NCBI GenBank assembly: GCA_043228905.1
Contig: JBHGNT010000012.1
Location: 1,984,001-2,048,000 of the forward strand
From: Azolla caroliniana
Taxonomy: Eukaryota; Plantae; Polypodiophyta
DNA length: 64,000 bases
Reading direction: 5' to 3'
Shown: piece by piece, positions 12,401-24,215 of the stretch
Layout: each line of letters opens with the position of its first letter
How positions within the stretch are numbered: the first letter of the stretch is position 1
Position numbers and translations under genes: made by a program
The notes under the pieces: generated by a model
Database searches by the model: none
The model's input: only the letters and a program-made list of their open reading frames with translations
Told to the model about the DNA's origin: nothing

Positions 12401-13508
12401 CCGGAACGTGTCGGACATCCTTCAGCAGCAGCTTGCATCCGGTTGGTGTTGTCAACCACACGTCTCCTATGCTGACAATTTGGCATGTACCTTTATTCCC
12501 CATACGGACACAACCGTGATCACCGACTGAGTAGGATGAGAAGCATTTCCGGTCCGGGGTAAGATGGAACGACGCTCTGGAATCGACCACCCAGGTCATC
12601 TCGTCGCCGGCAAGGTTTATCTCACTCTCCTCGGTGATGAGCATCAACTCTTCTTCACTTGTCGCGATTGCCGTCGTTCCCTTCTGGTCCACCCCCCTCC
12701 GGTCTTTACCGTTCTGGTCCGGTGTCCGCTTCGAATCGGTACCATCGGTTTCCTTGTCTTTTCGGAAATGCCGACAGTTCTTCTGGAAATGTCTTGGCTT
12801 GCCGCAATAGAAGCAGGTAGGCCTCCCCCTTGACTTTGATCGTGTCCCCGACTTCTTCCGGTTCTGGGGACTACAGTTCCTTTGTCTTCCGCGTCCCGAT
12901 TCGGTAAGGAGCACTTTGGAATCGGAGCTCGTATCCTTATCTTTCCGACGCGCCTCCTCATCTAGCAAGCTCGATTTCACTCTTGCTAGGGATAACCGTT
13001 TTCCTTCCGGCCCGGCGTTGCCCAAAGTGACAACCAACGTCTCCCAGCTATCTAGGAGGGAACCGAGCAAGAGTATTGCTAGTACCTCATCGGTGAGAGG
13101 TACTTCCAATGATGTTGCCTGGTGGATCAGCCCCTGGAAGGCATTCATGTGCTCCGCCATACTGGAGTCATCTTCGTACCAGAGTCTTACTAGCTTCCGA
13201 AATATCGAAACCTGATTAACGACATTTTTGTTCTGAAACATAATGCCGATCTTCTCCCAGAGCTCATGAGCCTTGCTCTCTTCATTGAAGTTGTTGTATA
13301 GGCTCATGTCGATGAAGCACCATAAGTACGCCGTTGTCTTCATGTGCATCACCTCCCATATCGCGACGTCAATTTTGTCCGATTTCTTGTCCCCGAACTG
13401 AACCGGCAACCAAAGATCTTTAACCACGAGCATGTCCCTCATCTTCGACTTCCACACCGAATAGTTGGAGCTGGTGAGCTTGAACATGCCTCCCAACGAA
13501 TCGTCCAT
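9454..13508 (-). pseudogene. Copia B gag-pol (gag, PR, IN, RT, RNase H), broken by nonsense mutations
   Basis: ORF fragments 11823-13580, 11256-11759, 10546-10734, 10267-10521, 10009-10257 and 9454-9981 lie in Copia domain order. ATG of MDDSLGG at 13508. Confidence 0.9.
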
Positions 13509-14183
13509 TTTCTGTGTCGTTTCACTCTGATACCACTTTGACAATCCTACAAGCTCCCAACACACTACGCTCGGCCACAACCGAGTCTTGGATCAAACAT
13601 AGAAAACAGGTGATGTACACACGACACAGTGAAGAGAAGAGTACACAAGATGTTAACGTGGAAAACCCAAACTAGGGAAAAACCACGGCAGCCCACAGAC
13701 TGCAAACTATCACTATATCACAATGTACAATAGTAAAAGCACCGAGGCAACAACCTCGAGCTTGCTATCTTCGCCACAGGTAGCGGTTACAACAGAGGCA
13801 ACGACCTCTTCGTCTCTCTCTCTCTCTCTCTCTATGTACACAATTACGCACTCAAATCTTGCACCAACAAGAATGACAACTTCAGCCACACACTAAGTTT
13901 GCCCTAAGTCATATTTATACTAATATGACTTTTCGGCATCGGATTTCCGTTGAAAACCTCTTGAAAATGATGTGTTTTCACTGGATTTCATAAATAAATA
14001 TATAGAAATTGAAAAAATGGATTTTCAAAAATCGCAAATTTTTTTATTTTAAACATTTTTTTAGGGAAAAAAATATAAAAATTAAGAAAAATTGTAAACA
14101 AACAAGGAAAAGTGGACTTTCAATGGAAATACGATGCAGTGCATCGGATTTCCATTGAAAATCCATTTTTTCAATTTCTATAT

Positions 14184-17100
14184 TGTGAAATGCTCTCAAG
14201 AATAGCCTCCTTTTCATTATGTCTCAAGTTACATTTTATAGACTCTCTCTTAGCGTGGAGGGTGTTCTCCCGCTCCAATTAGCTCTACTAATTATGGGGC
14301 TTGGTGGGGGCCTAGTTTGGGTGTGGTGCATGAGGCTTGGTAGGGGCCTAATTTGGGTGTGGTCTATGTGTGGTGCATGGGGCTTGGTAGGGGCCTAATC
14401 TAGGTGTGGTCCATGTGACCACCACAATTCCCCCTTGTAAAAAAAAGTTACTGTGCAGTCGAAGCGCGACGAGGCGTGGATGACGGTTCCAGACGGGGGG
14501 ATGACACGGGCGTGGGCGTAGGCATGAGTGTGGGCGAGGGCGGTGGTAGTTGATGGAAGGGCTTCATGCGAGACTGGTGAGCAAAGGTAGAGCGGTTGTT
14601 GGAGGCGCGGCGGAGCAGGTGTGTAGTGTCGCGTATCTGCTTTTGAACTTCGAAGGGACCGATCCATCGGTGCATGAGCGATTCGCTGAGACCGCGACGA
14701 CGGATGGGGAAGTAGACGAGGACTTTGTCACCGACGTGGTATTGATGGTCGACACGGCCTATATCGTGTTGTCGTTTTTGGCGTAGTTGTGCCTGGTGCA
14801 GGTTGCTCGTGATGGCTTTGCGGAGGAGGGGCTGGAGTTGTTGTAGGTGGGACCACCAAGACACTGCGTTAGCGTGGAGTCGTGTGGTTGGTTGCAGGAC
14901 TGCCACTTCTGGGGGTAAGCGCGGGTCCCTTCCGTAAAGGGCCCGAAATGGGCTAATGCGGGTAGAGGCTTGCACAGTTGTGTTGTAGGCATGCGTAACG
15001 AAGGGCAAGATTCGGTCCCAGGTTGAGTGCAGCGGATCGATGTAGGCTAAGATTTGTTGTTTTAAGGTTCGATTGAGGCGCTCCGTCAACCCATTCGTTT
15101 GCGGATGGTAGGGTGACGTGAATAACTGTTGGATTCCTAGTTGTGTTGAAACGAGGCGTAGGAGCTCACCGTTGAACTAGGGTCCTCGATCGGACAAGAT
15201 TTGGAGTGGGCAACCGTGGGGGAAGATGATTTTCTCCAATAGTTTGGAGGCGATGGTCATAGCCTTTGCATCTGGGATAGCGGCCGTCTCAGCCCAACGC
15301 GTCAAGTACTCGGTGATGACGAGGATGAATTTGTTCCCTCCTTGTGACTCGGGAAAGGGGCCCATAATGTCCCATCCGACGATTTCAAATGGAGCTTGAA
15401 CTTGTATCGGATGTAAGAGGCCTTGAACCACTTGAGGTGATTTGATGGCCGGACATAAGTTGCATGCTTTGATGTAGGAGGCGACCTCGTGGCGTAGCCC
15501 AGGCCAATAGAATTTGCGACGAATTTTGTCGAGCACCTTATGAAAACCCAAGTGGCCGGACAACGGGTGATCGTGGAAGAAACGAAGGTAAGACTGGCGT
15601 AGTTGCTCAGGCACGTAGACTCGGGGTTCTTTGCCTACTTGACAAAAAAGTAGGACATTATCCTGGATCATGAATTGCTTGGTGAGGGATGATGTCGGTT
15701 CAGCTCGTAGGCGGTGGCAGATATCTTGGATTTGTTTGTCGTGTTGTTGCATGTTGGCCATTTGGGACGAGGATATGGGGAAATCGATTGTGTTGGAGGT
15801 GATCTGGTTCGCCTGAAAGGATATGCGGGATAATCCATCGGCGACGATGTTTTGTGGACCATGGCGATAGCGCAGAGTGAATGTGTAATCCTGTAGCGCC
15901 AAAACCCAACGAAGTAAGCGGCCGGGTGGATGAGCCTTCTTTATGAGGGAGAGCAATGGCTGATGGTCGGTTTCGACTGATGTATTTGATCCGTGAAGGT
16001 ATGGGTGGAAACGATGGCGAGGAACTCTTTTTCAGTTGTCGAGTAATTTTGTTCGGCTTTGGTAAGTGACCGACTGATGTAGGCAATCGGGCGGAGTTGG
16101 TCGTTGTCGTCGGATTGGAGCAGGACCGCACCAAGGCCGACATTGGAGGCATCCGTCTCTAGATGGAAAGGCTTCGTGAAATCAGGGTGGGCTAGGAGGT
16201 CAGAGGCTTGGAGTGTTCTCTTGAGCTGTAGGAAGCTGGATTCGCAGGCTTCGGTCCACAGGAAGGGTGCGTCTTTTTGTAGGAGCGCGCGTAGTGGGGC
16301 TGATAGGTCGGCTAGCCGTGGGATGAAACGAAGAGAGAACGTGAGGAGGCCGAGGAAGCGTTGAAGCTGCTTGACTGTGGTGGGGCGTGGGAATTTTTGG
16401 ACTGCTTCTGTTTTCTCCGGGTCCATTTGTATTCCGTCGGAGGAGATGACGTACCCAAGGAAGCGGAGGCATGTACTACCCCATCGGCACTTCTTCCATT
16501 GCAGCTGCAATCGATAGCGTTGAACACAAGTTAGGACCTCCTGAAGGACTTGAAGGTGTTCTGCCCAAGTGCTTGTATGTACCAGAATATCGTCTAGATA
16601 GACGATGACGACACGGCGGGTGATGAGATCATCGAAGATGGCATTAGCCATTCGCTGGAATGTGCTCCCCGCATCAGATAGGCCAAAGGGCATCCGTGTG
16701 AACTGAAAAATGCCTTTCCTAGTGCGGAATGCAGTTTTGTGGGCATCGTGAGGATTCATCGGGATCTGCCAATATCCCGAGGCTAGATCGAGGGAGGTGA
16801 AGTACTTTGATTTGCCAAGCTGGTCGAGGAGGTCATCGATACGAGGGAGAGGGTATCGGTCATGGGTGGTGACATGGTTCAGTTGTCGGAAGTCGACACA
16901 AAAGCGGTAAGAACCATCCCCTTTCTTTACCATGTGTGGCTCCGAGATCCACTCGCTCTTGGAAGGTGTGATAATCCCTTGTTGGAGCATAGTTTTGATG
17001 GCGTTGTCGATGCGCTCGTGGTCGAGAGGCGAGCGACGTCGGGGAGCTGCGTTGATGGGGCGGGCGTTGCCTGTAGGAATCGTGTGGTGAATCGGAAAAC

Positions 17101-18981
17101 GGACCGAGGGAGGTTTTACAGGTGGTGTAGACAACGAGGGAAAGGTGGCGAGGAGCCGTCTGATGTCGTTGATGCGCTCCGCCGGTGATATCAGGTACTG
17201 TGTGTTGCTGATGTGGGTGGTATCCCGCGGAGTAGTGAAGAGCGCGATCGGAATGTGATTTGGGAGGATGAGCTGTTGTGCGGAGAAATCGAGACAGGCT
17301 CGACTATGGAGGAACCAATCACATCCCAAGGTGATTGGGAACAACTGGCGCGGGAGGACGTAGAAACGATGGTGGATCTGGGCGGAACTAATGGTGAGCA
17401 TGCACCTGACTTGCGTATGTGAGTGGTACACCCATTGTTGGTCGCCGAAGAGGATTTTAATGGGCGGTGCGTGGCTCGTGGGAAGTTGTAATTGGGTGAC
17501 TAAATCTGCGCTGATGGAAGAGATGCTGTTGCCGGAGTCGAGGAGAACTTCTTGGGTCGTGTGCTGGAGGCGGGCGATTGTGGTACAAACGGGCGAAGTT
17601 GATGAAGTGGAGGCATGGACGTGCGGGGGCTGCTCGATCGTGGGAGAAACGGGAGAAGTTGAGGACGTGGAGACGTGGACGTGCGGGGGCGGCTCTCCCT
17701 GCGGCACCCCGCGCATTAGTTTTCCGGGAGCTCAGAGAGGGAGGCAGCGTCAGCTAATTGGACGTTCTGCTTCTGTTGGTGATTCTGCCACTTTCGGCAA
17801 TGACGCCGAATGTGGCCATAGTTGTTGCAGTAGAAACATTTGGGGCGTCCCTGGCTGTCTCATTCGGGCAATGCACGCTTGGCACGTAATTGCGCGTTCT
17901 GGATGTCGATGTCCATGGGAGTGACGGCTGGTATAGTGTTTGTATGATCATGACTGAGATTACCTGGTGTGTGCATGTCGTGCGCGTCTGCAGCTTCGAT
18001 GCGTTGGGTAGTGAGGATGGCTTCGTGTAGTGTCGTCGGGCCTTGATCGCGTACACGGCGGCGGAGGTCATGTCGTATACGCGGCCAGAAAAAAAACAAC
18101 TTCATGTCCTCCGACATGTTGGCGTCAGCCCGGCGTAGGATCTGCACAAAACGAACCGCGAACTGGGTGATGGGTTCGCGTGGTTGTTGAGTAATTGACT
18201 CAAGTTGTTGTAGGGCCGTTTGGCGGGAGTCTTGATGAGCAAAATTCCGAATCATGGCTGCCCGTAACAGATCCCAGTCGTTGCGTGTCTCTTCGGGTTG
18301 TTGTACAAGCCATGTTGCCGCGATATTCTCGAGGAGTGTCTTCATCTCCATTGCCTTCTGAGGGTGTGGCCACTGGTGGTAACTGGCCACCATTTCGAAA
18401 TGATCCAGCCAAGAGAGGACGTCTTCCGATGGTAGGCCGGAGAACGGTTTTGGGCGAACTCGAGAGTCTAGGAGATTTTGTTGTGGCTCGGATCGTGCTG
18501 AAAGAAAGGACAACATGGCTTGGTTAGTATGGTTAACTTGTAAAATGATGTTGGATAGAGCTTGAACCAGTTGGTCGATTGGCGATGTGGGCTGGTGTCC
18601 TTGATTGTGTTGTAGGAATTCCGGATTCATCGAGTTTGCGTTGCCGTCGTTGTCGTGTTGCATCGTGGCGGGCGTTGTTGGGGTCGTGAGTAGGGGTGGC
18701 TTGCCCGTCATCTCCACCAAGATGTGAAATGCTCAAGATGTGAAATGCTCTCAAGAATAGCCTCCTTTTCATTATGTCTCAAGTTACATTTTATAGACTC
18801 TCTCTTAGCGTGGAGGGTGTTCTCCCGCTCCAATTAGCTCTACTAATTATGGGGCTTGGTGGGGGCCTAGTTTGGGTGTGGTGCATGAGGCTTGGTAGGG
18901 GCCTAATTTGGGTGTGGTCTATGTGTGGTGCATGGGGCTTGGTAGGGGCCTAATCTAGGTGTGGTCCATGTGACCACCACA
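14184..18981 (-). mobile_element. Ty3/Gypsy element C, full length, identical 243-bp LTRs, 4-bp TSD ATAT
   Basis: LTRs 14184-14426 and 18739-18981 look identical by eye. PPT ACAAGGGGGAAT adjoins the 3' LTR. PBS TGGTGGAGATG (tRNA-Ala-like) at ~18709-18719. Gag has PMDID and CFYCNNYGHIRRHC; pol has LLDSG, YLDD, TDAS, H-H-C-C and the IN core. Confidence 0.95.
14448..18711 (-). pseudogene. Gypsy C gag and pol (pol in -1 frame), with stops and a frameshift
   Basis: TGA at 17860 upstream of the Zn knuckle. Gag stop TAA at 17718-17716. Pol 17716-14448 has a frameshift in RNase H (~16000) and TAG at 15177. Confidence 0.88.
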
Positions 18982-20487
18982 ATATATTTATTTATGAGAA
19001 AAATAAAAAAATACAAAAAAATATGGTAACAAATAGAAAAAAGTGAACTTTCAACAGAAATTCGATGTAGTGCATCCGATTTCTGTTGAAAACCCATTTT
19101 TTCAATTTTTATTTATTTATTTATGGGAAAAATTAAAAAATTAAAAAAAAAAACCAAAACTTTTTAAAAAAATATGAAAATATGGTAAAAAATAGCAAAA
19201 AGTGGACTTTCAACAGAAAAGTCCACTTTTTGCTATTTTTTACCATATTTTCATATTTTAATTATTATTTTTTGTATTTTTTTTGAATTTTTAAATTTTT
19301 TCCAATAAATAAATTGATAAAATTTGAATGCACTGCATCGGATTTCTATTGAAAGTCCACTTTTTCTTATGTGTTTCCAAATTTCCATTGAAAACTATTT
19401 TTCCAATTTTTACTTATTTATTTACGAGAAAAATGAAAAAGTTTATTTATTTATTTACGGGAAATGTTTTATTTTTCCAATATTTATTTATTTATTTATT
19501 TACGGGAAATTCATGCAATGTATCATATTTTAGTCTATGTAGCTAGAATTCGATGCAATGCATTATGTGTTAATTGAAAATGCAAGAGTATTGTTTAATG
19601 GAAATTTTTAAAAAAATTACAAGACTTACAACAGGAATCTGATGCACTACATCCCATTCTAGATGTATAGAGTAAAATTCGACATGTTGCATCAAATCTA
19701 GATGGAATGAATCGGATTTCTGTATGACATCAAAGGCTTACTATGAGAATCTAAGAAAAACGAAAAACATCTTTACGAAAAACATTTTTTTAGATTCTAA
19801 TGATTTTGGTAGAAAGCTTCTCTCACATAATCAAATATCGTAAATAGAAAGTACATAATTAAATATCATAATTCAAAAGTGAGGAAGAAGGATGCATCAA
19901 GCACATATACTCTTACATTGGATAATGTTTATATACTAGTGTATGACTTATCTTTGACCAAAACAAGTTATCTGCGACAAACCACAATGAAGATACTAAA
20001 AGAGGATCTGGAATGTGGCTTCAAACACAACATAAAGACAAACAAGAAGCATGACTCATAACCTCGATGAGGTTGGATTGTAGTTGGATGAAGACAATGC
20101 ATTAGTTGCCATTGATGATGAGGATGAGACCGCGTAAACTCGTACTAGTTCATCTAATGGGTATGAAGATGATGGCATAAACTTGAAAAATGATTGTCCG
20201 GATACGTTAACTGTAAATATTGTATTGTACATCAAGATTTGGATTCATGAAATTCTATAAATATTGGTGTTAGTCATTTTGGACATTCATTTGTAAGTTT
20301 GGCATGTCCATTATTTAGGCATTTTTTTGAACACCTAAATTTCTGTACATGCTAAAAATCAATATATTTTTGGGTCATTTTTAAAAATCCTTTACGCATG
20401 AAGCACCCCTTTTTGTGTATCACCCTAATTTGTGTCATTTTTTTATGGAAAGTTCTCAAAATGCGACATATTACCTGTTTCAAATGT

Positions 20488-23400
20488 CCCGGTGTTAGTA
20501 GCCGAGCGCAAAAATCGGCACATCCTCGAAGTAGCACGGGCCATGATGAACGAGAAGCATATGCCCAAGTCATATTGGGCCGAACCTGTAAATACGGCCG
20601 TCTACCTAATGAACCGGTGCACAACATTTGGAGTGCACGAGGTCACTCCGCACGAGAAGTTCTTCGAAAAGAAGCCGGACCTATCGCATGTTCGAATATT
20701 CGGCTCCATTGCATACGTGCACATCCCCGACGAGAAGCGTCAAAAGCTTGACCCGAAGTCGGAGAAATGTATCCTCGTTGGATACTCACTGGAGCAAAAG
20801 GGGTACAAATGCTACAATCCCTCAACTTGAAAATCTCAAGTAAGTCGAGACGTTGTTTTTGACAAGTCTGCATCCTGGTACACACCAGAGACAACTTCGC
20901 CTCCGATTCCACTCGACCCGGAATCTGCCGAACAAGAGCGAGAAGGTGGAGATTGCCTCTAAGACATGTTCGAAGATAGCCCGGTTACCACAAAGCTAAG
21001 TGGGCCACAAGAACCCCCGAGCGATCAAAGCACATCACGGCCTAGCCTGAAGATGGAGACAGGCAAGGCGAAAATGTCGGAATACGAAGACGATCGCTTC
21101 GACGACGATGAGTCGACTCACTCACTCAATAGTGAGTTCGGCGGCTTCAATGTACCAATCGGAGCTAAGAAAGCCCTCATCTCTGCAAATGAAAAGCTCT
21201 GCCGCTCCACCCATGAAAAGAATCTGGTTAGCCGATTCAGCTACAACGACTACATGGCATATCATTATGCCTTTATGATGAAGGTGGCGACAACACACGA
21301 GCCGGAAACATTTTCCGAAGCAGCCAAGGATCCATGATGGATCGAAGCCATGAACGAGGAGATGCAAGCACTACGCAAGAACGAGACATGGGATCTCGTT
21401 CCCACATCACCACACAAAAAGGTGATCGAATGCAGATGGATTTACAAAGTGAAGTACAACGCCGACGGTTCCGTCAACCGCTATAAAGCGCAACTCGTAG
21501 CGAAAGGCTACGCACAAATGCACGGAGTTGACTATGAAGAGACCTTTGCCCCGGTGGCAAAGATGACGACGGTACAGACCGTAATTGTGCTTGCCGCGGC
21601 GAAAGGGTGGCACCTCCATCAAATGGACGTCAAGAACGCCTTTCTACAAGGCGAATTAGAAGAGGAGGTGAACATGATACAACCACCTGGCTTCAACTCA
21701 AGCACCCTTCCGAAAGCTGTATGCCGACTCAAGAAGCCACTCTACGGCCTCAAGCAAGCACTGCGTGCTTGGCATTCGAAGCTAACACAATATCTTCATA
21801 AAATCAGCTTCCGTATGTCAAAATCGAACAACTCCCTCTACATACGAAACAATTCCGCAATTCCGATCGTCATCATCTTATATGTGGATGACCTAGTCAT
21901 TGGAGATGAGCATCTCATCGAAATCAATAAGGTCAAATCCCTCCTTTCCGACAAGTTTGAGATGACGGACATGAAGGAGCTTCACTACTTCCTCGGCATT
22001 GAGGTAATTCGGACTCTGGTCGGGATCATGATCTCTCAACGGCACTACATCCTCAACTTGTTATACAAGTTCGGTATGGCTGAGTGCAAATCCTCAGCAA
22101 CCCCGCTTGACCACAATCTCAAACTAGATGCAAACTCCGGCACCAAAGCGTGTGAGACGACTCAGTATAGGCAACTCATCGGGAGTCTCATCTACCTCAC
22201 GATCAATTGACCCGATCTCAGTTATCCATTCGGTCTCCTTAGTCAATTCATGCAAACACCACGGGATACTCACTTGGGTTGCGCTAAGCGAGTTCTACGA
22301 TACATGAGCGGCACAATGGATTGCGGCATCCTCTACAAGACCGCGATGCCAATACGACACGAGGGGTACACAGACGCCGATTGGGCCGGCTACAAAGCCG
22401 ATAGAAGATCAACCTCCGAATTTGTTTTTTCCCTCGGCAGCGGAGCAATATCCTGGAGCAGCAAAAAGCAACCAACTGTCGCTCTTTCGAGCACAGAGGC
22501 AGAATATAGGGGCGTGGCAGTGGCCGCATGTGAAGCCGTATGGCTCAAAAGGATACTCAAGGATCTGGGCGTACCCATCAAGGATCCGACTTCCCTTTAC
22601 TGCGACAACATGAGCAATATCTATCTAGCTCGGAACCCGGTGTTCCACACGTTGACAAAGCACATCAAAGTGCACGATCACTTCATCTGAGAGCACGTTC
22701 TAGTTGGCGATGTCAACCTACAACACATTAGCACCAATCTCCAAATGGCCGACATCTTCACTAAAGCCTTAGGAGCCAACAAGCTATGGCAATTCATGAC
22801 CGATCTCGGATTGACGATCCCTGACCTGCCAAGCTTGAGGGGGAGTATTGAAGACACTACGCAATAACACGTGGATTCCGCAACCGCGCAACGAAGCCGC
22901 AAAGAGCCGATCTACCGTGCAAAGCCGTGAAGAAAGACACAAGTCAAAGCACAGACTTCGCAACTACGCACAACGTGTTGGGAGACAGGTCCCTCCGGAT
23001 GGGAAGGGAGAAGAAACCGGATGAGTACCCGGCTACAGAGAGCCGGATGGTGCAGACCCGGTATGAACCGGATGAGGAGTACTCGGCTACGAAGAGCTGG
23101 ATGGTGCAGACCCGGTATGAACCGGATAAGGAGTACCCGGCTACGGAGAGCCGGATGGTGCAGACCCGGTATGAACCGGATGAGGAATACCTGGCTACGG
23201 AGAGCCGGATGGTGCAAACCCGGTATGAACCGGATGAAGAGACATATTCGTAAATATGTTTCTAAGAGTCCATCGAGACTATATTTGTAAATAGCCGAAA
23301 AGTCATATTAGTATAAATATGACTTAGGGCAAACTTTTATTGTGTAGTTGTCATTTTTCTTGTTGGTGCAAGAATAGAGAGTGCACGTAACTGTACAGAG

Positions 23401-24215
23401 AGAGAGAGAGAAAGAGGTCGTTGCCTTTGTTGTAACCGCCGCCTGTGGCGAAGATCTGTGAGCACGAGGTCAGTGCCTCAGTGAACTCACTGTTGTATAT
23501 TCTAACCTAGTGATAGTTTGCAGCCTGTGGGCTGCCGTGGTTTTTCCCCTAGTTTGGGGTTTTCCATGTAAACATCCTGTGTACCTCCTCTCTCCTTTTT
23601 GTGTTGCGTGTTTTTCCGTTTCCTGTTTTCTGTGTAAGAGAAGAATCTCGGTTGTGGCCGAGCGTTGGACATAAGGAGCATTGAGTTCCCGTCACAACGC
23701 AAGCTGGAGCACAGATTCCGCAACTCCGCATAAATGCGAGTCGACGCGGACTCCGGAACGCGAGTCGAAGCGGATTTCGGATACCGTTTGAAACCGACCC
23801 GACTTGAGCTTGAGGGGGTGTGTTGAGAATCAACCTCAACTTGGTCTAGTGTGTGAACTCACCTTGAGAGTGAATAGACACTCCAACGGTCAAGAGTCAC
23901 CATTATGTCACCACTTTGTATTCTAGCATTTAGTATGAGTCATAGAATCATATTCTATGACACATAACTTATGAGCTTTTACATTCCCCATGCTCCATGA
24001 GTCTTGTAGTTAATGAAGAAAGAGGGTGACTATATAAAGCACCCTCCTCCCACCTTGTATAATGTTGAGTCTTTCTCCTTTGTTAATATACTTTACCTTG
24101 TGTATTCTCTGTGTCTTACTGCTTGTCTCTCTCACACTCTCTCTCTCTCTCTCTCATACACACACATAGTTCATATCTATTCCACTACACATAATCCATC
24201 TCTTGATTCTTTACA
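20488..24215 (+). mobile_element. Copia element A, 3' part (IN core, RT, RNase H, 3' UTR, 3' LTR 23821-24215)
   Basis: VAERKNRHILEVAR resumes the integrase broken at 1108. RT has HQMDVKNAFL and ILYVDDL; RNase H has GYTDADWAG. PPT TTGAGGGGGTG at 23810-23820. LTR TGTTGAG...TTTACA, after which Gypsy D RT begins. Confidence 0.9.
22976..23694 (+). mobile_element. Solo LTR related to the Copia B LTR, 5-bp TSD CAACG
   Basis: TG...CA ends, CAACG on both sides (22971-75, 23695-99). Shares GGTCCCTCCGGATGGGAAG and TAGCCGAAAAGTCATATTAGTATAAATATGACTTAGGGCAAAC with the B LTR. Contains a 51-bp repeat x4 (~23016-23240). Confidence 0.93.

Larger units (their letters stand above)
8643..13937 (-). mobile_element. 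Ty1/Copia element B (Tnt1/Tork-like) with truncated 5' LTR
   Basis: 3' LTR 8643-9443 (TG...CA on minus strand), PPT at ~9444-9460, tRNA-iMet PBS TGGTATCAGAG (~13525-13535), 5' LTR remnant 13539-13937. The gag-pol has CFYCGKPRHFQKNC, WVVDSRASFH, LWHKRLCH, LLYVDDMLI and GFTDSD, with many stops. Confidence 0.95.
13938..19720. repeat. AT-rich array of ATGCANTGCATCGGATTTC...TTGAAA / AAGTGGACTTTCAA motifs in both orientations, interrupted by Gypsy C; resembles DNA-transposon subterminal repeats
   Basis: Motif copies at ~13936, 14110-14160, 19040-19090, 19200, 19327-19360, 19548 and 19640-19720. Confidence 0.6.

Noticed and set aside
19860-20200. Possible hAT transposase C-terminal remnant (TLTLDNV, acidic stretch)
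   Set aside because: Too degraded; no diagnostic motif recovered.
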